A stretch of 63,419 nt of DNA, filler included, from Octopus bimaculoides (lineage: Eukaryota), in assembly GCF_001194135.2 (NCBI RefSeq). It is 4 parts of 4 records of this genome, joined end to end, with 100 filler letters (N's around TTAATTAATTAA, not from the genome) between each part and the next. Parts side by side here need not be neighbours in the genome. Positions count along the whole stretch, not along the records: positions 1 to 24,706 come from NC_068984.1; 3 more parts are not named here. One strand, 5' to 3'. The translations under genes and the position numbers were made by a program. Below the pieces are notes generated by a model that saw only the letters and a program-made list of their open reading frames with translations, was not told where the DNA came from and did not search any database. Positions 1-9,589 of this stretch are shown here, piece after piece. Numbering within the stretch: the first letter of the stretch is position 1; every line of letters starts with the position of its first letter.

Positions 1-590
1 GGAGAGAGAAATTTATGTTTGTGAGAGGGGTGTGAGGGAGAGATACAGATTGTTTGCCAGCATCTAACAAAAAAGAAGTAAAGAAAAAGTGGGAGACGGA
101 GACAGAAAGCGTCTGTAAGGAAGACAGTGTCAGCGTTCATGAAAAATGAAAATGTAAAATGATTTCTTTTTTTTAAACATGACATATAGTTTCAAATATA
201 GGATGTTTTTGAAAGACACTATATTTTATAATGAGATTATACATACTTTCTCGCACAACAATTAAAATATATTTGTTTCAAATCATTTATTTATTATAAA
301 TCATTCATCTTTCCCCCCCTCTCACTCTCTCACACACACACATACTCACATACTACTTTGGGAGCAAAATAGTTTTGTTTATATTTCACGCTGAAAACAA
401 AACTTTATTGACAATCCATTTATTTAACAACAATGAAACAAAGAGGTGTGTAACAATTTGTCAGTGAATTACACAATATAAATGGGTAAAAGGCGATCTT
501 ACGATACCAGTGCCAAAGCTGTCACTTAACCCACGTGTGTTCATTTACATCACATCAGCCTTTTCCGTAAAAAGTGTTGGAGGGACAGAG

Positions 591-1049
591 GGAAACGACG
601 TCGTAAAAGCGAAAGAGATAGAGAGAACGTGATTTCTTTTGAAGTTGACATGAGTGTGTGTGTAATGTTGCTGGTTTGTGTATGTTTCAGAGAGAGAGAG
701 GGAGAGAGAGAGAGAGAAAGAAAGAGAGATAACTGAAATTATTTTTATTTCCTTTTTATAGTATGTGACAGAGTGTGGTGAAGTTCTTTTGTTGGTGTGA
801 GACAGAGAGGTTATGTATGTAAGAATGGCTAGTGACACACACACAGGTTGTTATGTATGTGTGTGTGTGAATGGATTCAGTGACACACACATACATAACA
901 ACCTACGTGTGTGTGTGTCACTGTAGCCATTCATATATACATACATACATAACCGCTCTCTCATACTAACAAAAGAACTTCACCACACTTTCTGTCTCGC
1001 ATACTCACTATTAAAAGGAAATAAAAATAATTTCAGTTATCTCTTTCTT

Positions 1050-1080
<31 letters not shown>

Positions 1081-1196
1081 CTCTCCCTCTCTCTCTCTCT
1101 CCGACATACACACACCAGCAACATTACACACACACATGCCAACTTTAAAAGAAATCGCGCTCTCTCTATCTCTTTCGCTTTTACGACGTCGTTTCC
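591..1196. repeat. Foldback palindrome (~280-bp imperfect arms, centre ~870-885), MITE-like; right end cut by N gap
   Basis: 591 ggaaacgacgtcgtaaaagcgaaagagataga... is the reverse complement of ...tctatctctttcgcttttacgacgtcgtttcc 1196. Pairing continues through aactgaaattatttttatttcc/ggaaataaaaataatttcagtt and gtggtgaagttcttttgtt/aacaaaagaacttcaccac. Confidence 0.85.
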
Positions 1197-1296
1197 NNNN
1201 NNNNNNNNNNNNNNNNNNNNNNNNNNNNNNNNNNNNNNNNNNNNNNNNNNNNNNNNNNNNNNNNNNNNNNNNNNNNNNNNNNNNNNNNNNNNNNNN

Positions 1297-4170
1297 TCCC
1301 AGGGGCATCCTGTCTTGAATTCCTCTGTTATAGCCTGGAGGACTATAATAAATAGGAGGGGGTTTAGGACAGAACATTGGTGGACCCCTACCTCTACCCG
1401 AAATTCTTCACTGTACGCATTGCCAACCCTCACCTTACTGACAGCGTCTCTGTACATGGCTCACACAGCTCTCACTAATCATTCTTCTATCCCTAGTTTC
1501 CTCATTGACCACCAGATGAGGGATTGGGGAACCCCGTCAAATGCTTTCTCCATGCCAATGAAAACCAAGTACAGAGGTTTATCCTTGGCTAGGTATTTCT
1601 CCTGAGGCTGTCTTACCAGAAATATAGCATCAGTGGTGCTTTTCCCAGGCATGAACCCAAACTGCATCTCATCTAAACTGACTCGCTCTCTAAGTAGTTG
1701 GGCTATGACCCTCTCCGTGACTTTCATTACCTGATCTAACCTCTGTAATTATTTGTATCTAAAGCGTCACCTTTACCTTTGTAGCAGTTGAATATGATGC
1801 TGCTACACCAGTCATTGGGTATGACTTCTTCATGTATCACCTGGTTAACAATACAGGTGACTAGGCTATGGCCGACACTGCCAGATACTTTGAGCATCTC
1901 TGCAGTGATTCCTGATAGGCTGAGGGCTTTCCCTGTCTTCATACTCTTAATTGCTTTATCTACCATGGTACTGTCAACTCGGATAGCTGGTCCCTCAGTT
2001 GGGTTGACATTCGGCAGACTCTCTTTCTCCCATTCATTCTCTTTATTGAGCAATCTTTCATAGTGGCGTCTCCAAACCTCATTCTTTGCAGCCTCGTTTA
2101 GTGCAAGTGTACCATCATCCATGCAAACACATTTCTCTCCCACGACATCACGACTCTCTCTCACACACTGTCTTGCAACACAAAATACCTGAAGTCTTTG
2201 GTCCTCATTGCGCAGAACATTGGCAAATTTTTTCTTATCTGCTTAGCCTTTAGCTAAATAAACCTGTCACCTAGCTTCCCTTCTGGCAGTCTGATACAAT
2301 TCCCTTCTACTACCGTTCTTCCAAGCCTGTTTCTTTTGTAAAAAAACATTGTTCCACCACCACCTTATTTTCGGACGAGAGGGGACTTTGCACCATCCAC
2401 AGATCTGGTCAGTGGCCTTCAGCAGGTTGTCCCGTAGAAATGTCCAGTTGTCTTCTACATTATGTGAAGCTACATTCCCCTCTATTTCGTCAGAGGCTTC
2501 CAGTTATAAGTCTCTAAATCTCTGTCCATTCGCAGGATTTTTGAGCTTCCAGACCCTTCTCCTCCATGCTGGTTGTCTTCTGGGCAACCACTTAGCCCTG
2601 AAGTTACTAACTACTAGTCTATGTTGTGGGGTACATTCTTCGCCTGGGAAGGTTTTGGCATTTATAAGCAGCCATCTTTCCCTTTTCCTGGCGAGGATGT
2701 GTGTCTGCCAGAACGGTAGGTGACTTGCAGGTTTCCTGAAGTTAGTATTGCAGACCATAAGATCATTTGCATCACAAAACTCCAGCAGCCTGGTTTCCTC
2801 CTCATTGCGGGAAACAAAACCATAGCCTCCATGTACGCCATAGAAGCCTCGTGAATGTTGTCCAACATGACCATTGAAGTCACCAGCCACAAAGAGAAGG
2901 TTCCTGTCATTCGTCGACGAGGTAGTCTGCAGGAGGGTGTCATAAAATTGGTCTTTCTGTCCGTTGGGTAGCCCAGGCTGAGGGGCATAGGCCGAGATAA
3001 TGGTTGCTAACCGATGGTGAAGGACTAATCTAACCTTAAGTATTCTATCGCACACTCTAACTATCTCGATTACCTTATCCACCCATTTCTCTGCAAGAAG
3101 TATACCCATGCCCACGACCCCGTCTGTGTTCCCTGCCCAGAAAATCTTGTACCTGTGTTCTTTGCCTGTGAGGAACCTAGCAGAACCTCCTCTCCACCTT
3201 ACTTCTTGGAGGCAGCAGATATCAACACATCTCCATTCAAGCATCTCAACAATCTCATCAGACCTACCTTTCAGAGTGCCGACATTGACAGTGCCAACTG
3301 TGGGAGGTATGGGCCCATGAGACCCTGGGGTGGGGAACAGCAGCGTCATGTACCCGAAAAGAAAGCTCGCATTCTGCAGAATTCATAAACAATCAGTAGC
3401 ATTCATTTCAGCCTGCATCTACTACACTATCGTATTTTGCACCATATGATCGCTACCTTACATAGGGGGTAAACCCTACGTGGGGGTGGGGGAAATGGCG
3501 TGAAGTCTTTAGAAGTGTTCATGGGAGACAGTCAAGAACTTCTGGTACTGGTGGAGAAGATAGGAACTTCCGGTACTGGTGTAGAAGACAGGGACTCCTG
3601 GTACTGGTGTAGAATATAGGAACTTCCGGTACTGGTGGTGGGGGTGGGAGGGCTGTTGCACTAAGGCCATTGCTGCAGAGGTATTTCGGTCAAGTGTGGG
3701 AATGGGGTGCACGCGCTAGTTTCATAGACCTGGCGATGCAAGGGGTCAATCAAAAGAGGGAAGAGAAGAGAGACAGAGAGCGAGGGAGTGGGATCGAGAG
3801 AGAGTAGATATTGAAAGAGACAGAGTAAAGCGGAGGGGGTTAGGTCAGAGCACGAGGGAGATAGAGAGATATTTTTTTTGGATTTCTGTCACATAGACAC
3901 AGTAAATATTGAATGGTAGAAATAGAATTGAGAAATAAGGGTTTTCGGTCAGCTAAATCTAAGACAGAATTATAGAGATAGGTGACTATGTGAGAAAATT
4001 AAAACTGAAAAACTTGAATAACTGAGTGAATTTGGCGACATTGTTATGGACAGCTGAAAATGAATTTGAGCACTAAATAAGATATTACGAATCACGGCAA
4101 AAATACATAGAAAAGTACGCGCGAGGCTAGAAAGACAGAAACTTATCTGGTCATGCTTCTATGGTTGTAT
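1297..4170 (-). mobile_element. RTE-clade LINE, 5' half (5'UTR, APE endonuclease, start of RT), frameshifted
   Basis: ORF 2504-3349 has APE motifs (GTVNVGTLKG, DICCLQEVRW, IISAYAPQ, VAGDFNGHVG). Downstream pieces read CYKGKGDALDTNNYRG, QFGFMPGKSTTDAIF and EVGVHQ.SVLNPLLF (RT). Confidence 0.95.
3537..3640 (-). repeat. 28-bp tandem repeat (~3.5 units) in the RTE 5'UTR
   Basis: ctggtactggtggagaagataggaactt / ccggtactggtgtagaagacagggactc / ctggtactggtgtagaatataggaactt / ccggtactggtgg. Confidence 0.9.
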
Positions 4171-4460
4171 TAATTCAGCAGATATATATATATATTTATA
4201 TATATACCATATTCTAATGTGTATAAGGAACTATTTTTTGTCAAAAATTAGGTTTAAAAAATATGCGAGTTTCTTATACATGGATTGTATTATAATCCCC
4301 TACAAAATCTTTTTTCAAAATTTTAAGCCCCAAAAATTAGGGAGTTCCTTTCACACGAAGATTCCTTATATATCTTAAAATACGATATATATTTGTATGT
4401 ATATTGTATCAAATGTACTTTGTACATATCTATATATATAGACCTATTCATGTATATATA

Positions 4461-4493
<33 letters not shown>

Positions 4494-4574
4494 ACCTGAA
4501 TGTTTTTTTAATATGTATATAGGTGGTCGATGCCAGGTCCTCCTGACTGGCTCCCATGCCGGCACCTAAAAAGC

Positions 4575-4860
4575 AGCACTTGTGAGTGGATTTGGCAGAC
4601 GAAAACTGAAAGAAGCCCATTGTGTGTATATATATATATGTGTGTGTGTGTCTTTGTGGCTATGTTTATCCCCTCACCATCGCTTGACAACTGATTCAGG
4701 TATGTTTATGTCCTCATAACTTAGTGGTTCAGCAAAAGAGACAAATTAAGTACTAGGCTTACAAAGAATAAGTCACGGGGATTGATTTCTTTGACTAAAA
4801 CACTTTAAGGCAGTACCCCAGCATAGGTGCAGTCAAATGACTGAAACAAGTAAAAGAATA
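4575..4860 (+). mobile_element. tRNA-derived SINE family A, 5'-truncated copy with internal (TA)/(TG) microsatellite
   Basis: Shares ttgtgagtggatttgg..gacgaaaactgaaagaagccc and ...cagtcaaatgactgaaacaagtaaaagaata with the other copies in this window. Confidence 0.85.
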
Positions 4861-4871
4861 TATGTATTGAT

Positions 4872-4910
<39 letters not shown>

Positions 4911-5065
4911 TACACACACACACATGAATCTGCATTCTTATGCTTATACTAGTATGTCTGTGAACATATATAGGTATTAATGTATTTGTATCTATATATC
5001 TATATACATACCTGTGTATAAACTGATTTCAATAATTTAAAGTGTGTTATATATGTATAGGTACA

Positions 5066-5480
5066 TATTTTTATATACGGGGTTATTAAAAAAGAATGAA
5101 TTGACTTCATTAGACAATATTTTAATAAGGAAAAGGAATAGAAAACTCCAGCTAAGTCACAAGTATTACTCACATCAACTTTAATTCCTGTTTTACAATT
5201 GTTCAATGTGGCCACCACCTGCAGCATAAGAGAATTCCTCTCAGACGTGAATCAGCATATCACAATCCACATTCGATGTTTAAGGTTGAGGTCAGTGGGT
5301 AGAAGTAAAGTTTTCTAAGTTTTGAATGCCTGCCACAGGGGCACATTAGTCGCGTTGTTCTTCTGGCAACTTTACACTCAGAATGGCGAGTTCTCAGCAG
5401 AAGGCGCTCTGCGTTCTTGAGGTCGCATGACTACATTTTTCAAACAACATGGAGCATCATCCCATTAGCACCCGACAGTT
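5066..5480 (+). mobile_element. Internally deleted Tc1/mariner remnant
   Basis: TIR-like start tacggggttattaaaaaagaatga. ATG GCG AGT TCT CAG CAG AAG GCG CTC TGC GTT CTT GAG = MASSQQKALCVLE (mariner N-terminal HTH-like). FKQHGASSH resembles the catalytic FQQDGAPPH. An inverted GGHIEQL* (transposase C-terminus) lies at ~5192-5215. Confidence 0.7.
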
Positions 5481-5603
5481 TGAGCTTTTTTTTTTAAAAT
5501 TTAATATTGTTCATATTTTCTTCTTGATATCAATCCCTATATTTTATAAATATTGTCTCTAAATACTTTTATTTAGTTTTAGTTTATTATTATTATTATT
5601 ATT

Positions 5604-5820
5604 AAGGTGGTGAGCTGGCAGAATCATTAGCATGGACAAAATGCTTAGCGGTATTTCACCCATTACTACATTCTGAGTTCAAATTCTACTGAGGTAGACT
5701 TTGCCTTTTATCCTCTTGGGGTCGATAAATTAAGTACCGGTGAAACACTAGGATTGATATAATTGACTAGTCCCCTTCTCCCAAATTTCAGGCCTTGTGC
5801 CTTTAGTAGAAAGGATTATT
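5604..5820 (+). mobile_element. tRNA-derived SINE family B with Nin/Deu-like core
   Basis: Head ggtgagctggcagaatc...gagttcaaattc; core gaggtagactttgccttttatcctcttggggtcgataaattaagtacc resembles the Nin/DeuSINE central domain. Confidence 0.7.
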
Positions 5821-7635
5821 ATATTTTTTCTCTATGCTTACGATCTTTAATTTTCTAGACTTTTAGTAATAAATATATCTCTTTTTGTTTATTGTACTAA
5901 TAATATCTACTAGTTATTTTTTAATCATATTACTAACATTCCCCTCCATTTATTAAAAATTCCTCTTACTAATTTATATAAATTTTATTATAATTGTCTT
6001 CCATAATCTTTTAAACATTTGACTTTGCATTCCTATAACATTGATCATCATCATCGTTGTTTAATGTCCACTATTCATGCTGGCATGGGTTGGATAGTTT
6101 GACTGAGTTCTGGTGAGCCCAAAGGCTGCATCAGGCTCCAATCTGATCTGGCAAAGTTTCTACAGCTGGATGCCCTTCCTAATGCCAAATACTCTGAGAG
6201 TGTAGTGGGTGCTTTAACGTGACACCGGCACAAGGGCCAGTTGGGCAGTATTGGCAACGATCATGCTCAAAAAGTGTTTTTTACATGCCACCTGCATGGG
6301 AGCCAGTCTGGCAGCAACAGCAACGACCACACACAAATGTTGTTTTCATGTGCCAGTAAGGCGACCCTGCCAGCGATCACGCTCGGATGGTGCTTTTAAC
6401 ATTCCACTGGCATAAGTGCCAATCAGGCGGTACTGTCATTGACTTTGATTTCACTTGCCTCAACATGTCTTTGCAAGCAAAGTTTATTGTCCAATGAATG
6501 AAAGGTACTCATAAGTGAGCTGGTTATACACCACTGGCATAGGCCATGGGTTATGGTCTCACTTGGCTTACCAGATCTTTTCAAGCACAGCATATCTCCA
6601 AAAGTCTCGGTCACTAGTCATTGCTTGGGTGAAGCCCAATGTTCGAAGGTCGTGCTTCACCACTTCATCCTAGGTCTTCCTGGGTCTACCTCTTCCACAG
6701 GTTCCCTCAACTGCTAGGGTGTGACACTTTTTCACACAGCTGTCCTCATTCATTTGAAACACATGACCATACCAGTGCAGTCGTCTCTCTTGAACACCAC
6801 ATCTGATACTTCTTGACTCCAACTTTTCTCTCAGGGCGCCTACACTCTGTCATGTATGCACACTGACATTACACATCCAGCGGAGCATACTGGTTTCATT
6901 TCTTGCAAGCTTACGCATATCTTAAGCAGTCGCAGCCCATGTTTCACTGCCATATAGCATGGCTGTTTGTACACATGCGTCATACAGTCTACCTTTTATT
7001 CTGAGTGAGAGGCCTTTTCTCACCAGCAGAGGTAAGAGCTCTCTGATCATTGCCCAGGCTATTCTTATTCTAGCAGCTACACTTTCAGAGCACCCACCCC
7101 CGCTACTGACTTGGTCCCTAGGTAACGGAAGCTATCAACTACTTCTAGTTTTTTTTTCCCTGGAATGTGACAGAAGTTGTTTTCTGCACATTTTCAGTGT
7201 TTATTGCTCCTGAGCATCTACCACATACAAAAACTATCTTCCCAGTTAGCCTTCCTTTGATATTGCTGTACCTCTTATGTGGCCAAGGCTTACACTGGGT
7301 ACATCTTATAGAGTTTCTACCTATGCCTTTCTACAGATTGAGCAGGGCCATCTACCTAAAGGGATGTGTGGTTTGTCTGCCTTCCTACTTATTAAGACTT
7401 TGGTTTTAGCTAGGTTGACACTAAGGCCCTTCGATTCTAATCCTTGCTTCCACACCTGAAACTTCTCCTCTAGTTCTGATAGTGACTCAGCAATTAGAGC
7501 AAGGTCATCAGCATAGAGGAGCTCCCAAGGGCATCATGTTGTTGTCTGGAGGACTATGATGAATAAGAGGGGGCTGAGGACTGATCTGTGGTGGACCCCT
7601 ACCCCTACTTCTACCCGAAATTCTTCACTGTACTC

Positions 7636-7971
7636 TAGTTCTATATTTAAGAGATGAGGAATTATGTACATTATTTACATTTGATGGATATTTGCCCTCA
7701 TCTTGTTTGTTAACACAACACTTCGGCTGATATACCCTCCAGCCTTCATCAGGTGTCTTGGGGAAATTTCGAACCTGGGTTCTCATTCCTAAGGTATTTT
7801 TTGATGTTATTATTATTCAGGTCAAAGCCTGGAATCGAACTTGGAATCTTGGGGTTAGTAGCTCGCGTTCTTAATCACTACGCCATATGCCCCGGACATA
7901 TCAGCCAAAACATGTTAACAACAAACAAGATGAGGACAAATATCCGTCAAATGTAAATAATGTACATAATG
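7636..7971 (-). mobile_element. tRNA-headed SINE family C carrying a hammerhead motif; 12-bp TSD; inverted partial 3' copy at its 5' end
   Basis: TSD ttcactgtactc at 7624-7635 and 7972-7983. Head (minus, from 7893) has an A-box-like TGGCGTAGTGA and B-box GTTCGATTCC. 7898-7970 is an inverted copy of 7661-7733. Confidence 0.9.
7712..7757 (-). ncRNA. Minimal type I hammerhead ribozyme motif (degenerate copy)
   Basis: Minus strand: GACAC-CTGATGA-A-GGCTG(gagggtatat)CAGCC-GAAG-TG-TT-GTGTT. Stem I GACAC/GTGTT; perfect stem II GGCTG/CAGCC; core GAAA mutated to GAAG. Confidence 0.7.
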
Positions 7972-8535
7972 TTCACTGTACTCATTGCCAACCCTCAACT
8001 TACTGACAGCATCCCTGTATATCGCTTGCACAGCTCTCACTAAACATTCATCTATCCCTAGTTTCCTCAGTGACCACCAGATAAGGGATCGGGGGACCCT
8101 GTCAAATGCTTTCTCCATGTCAACGAAAGCCAGGTACAGAGGTTTATCTTTGGCTAGGTATTTCTCCTGAAGCTATCTTACCAGAAATATAACATCAGTA
8201 GTGCTTTTCTCTGGCATGAACCCAAACTGCATCTCATCTAAACTTACTCTCTCCCTAATTAGTTGGGCTATGACCCTCTCTGTGACCTTCATTACCTGAT
8301 CCAACAACTTGATACCTCTGTAATTATTTGTATCTAAAGCGTCACCTTTACCTTTGTAGCAGTTAACTACAGTCATTGGGTATGACTCTTTCATGTATCA
8401 CCTGGTTGACTATACAGGTGACTAAACTATAGCCGACACCACTAAATATTTTGAGCATCTTTGCGGTGATTCCTGATGGGCTGGGGGCTTTCCCTGTCTT
8501 CATACCCTTAATTGCTTTATCTACTAAGATACTGT

Positions 8536-8899
8536 TTTAAACTAACAACACAACAATATTTTATTACAGTAGAATTCTGCTCACACTAGGAGGGAATTCG
8601 GTAGCATGTCGCCCTTTGGTTAGATGAGACGCCGTCAATGAAGTTGTGTGGTTAGAAGTCATTTTTCTCCTCTCTGGGTATCTATGTAGCTCCAGTGTTG
8701 AGTTGTCAGAGAGCTGCCATTGTGACGTCTAGCTTCCACGAAGGTCAGCGAGCAAAGAGAGCGAATATGCACGGGAACGCTTGGATATGAATGACTACGC
8801 ATGCGCATGAGACTCTTCCTGTATTCCTTCCGGAACTAGTCCCTGCGCATGTGTGGATAAACTCTCCAGAAATGGGGTTTGATATTAGGCGCTACTACA
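8536..8899 (-). mobile_element. Probable solo LTR inserted in the RTE copy
   Basis: 364-bp CpG-rich insert that interrupts RTE sequence and is flanked by duplicated CTGT (8532-8535, 8900-8903). Minus strand starts TGTAGTAG and has AATAAA ~25 nt from the other end, which is non-canonical. Confidence 0.55.
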
Positions 8900-9589
8900 C
8901 TGTCAATTCAGATAGTAGGTCCCTCTGTTGGGTCAGCATTCGGCAGACTCTCTGTCTCCCATTCATTCTCTTCATTTAGCAACTTTTCATCTCCAAACCT
9001 CTCTCTTTGCAGCCTCGTTTAATGCAAGTGAATCATCATCCATGCGGACACATTTCTCTCCTACAACATCACGATTCTCTCACACACTGTCTTGCAACAT
9101 GAAATGCTTCAAGTCTTTGGTCCTCATGGTGCAGAACATTGCCAAATTTTTCTTATCTGCTTCCCCTCTGGCTAATTTAACCTGTCTCCTAGGTTCCCTT
9201 CTGGCAGTCTGATACAATTCCTGCTACCACCGTTCTTCTAGTCCTTCCAAGCCTGTTTCTTTTCCATAATGGCCCTCTCAACAACATTGTTCCACCACCA
9301 TATTACCTTGGGTTGAGAGGGGACTTTGCACCATCCACAGATCTGGTCAGTAGCCCTCAAAAGGTTGTCCTGTAGAAACTTCCAGTTGTCTTCCACATAA
9401 TGTGATGCTATAACCCCATCTATTTCGTCAAAAACTTTGAGTAATATGTTTCTAAATCTCTGTACATTCGCAGGATTTTTGAACTTCCAGACCCTTCTCC
9501 TCAATGCTGGTCGTCTTCTGGGCATGTTGGGAATTTAGTATTTAACAAAGACTTTCTTCCACCTGAGAACGTAGCTTAAATTCTGCATT

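Larger units (their letters stand above)
6045..9545 (-). mobile_element. RTE LINE copy (RT, 3' ORF end, long 3'UTR ending in (GAT)n), interrupted by two younger insertions
   Basis: RT pieces (MEKAFDRVPRSLIWWSLRKLG; LYADDLALIA at ~7490-7530). Continuous into the 3'UTR shared with many truncated copies; (CAT)n tail at ~6045-6056. Confidence 0.92.
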
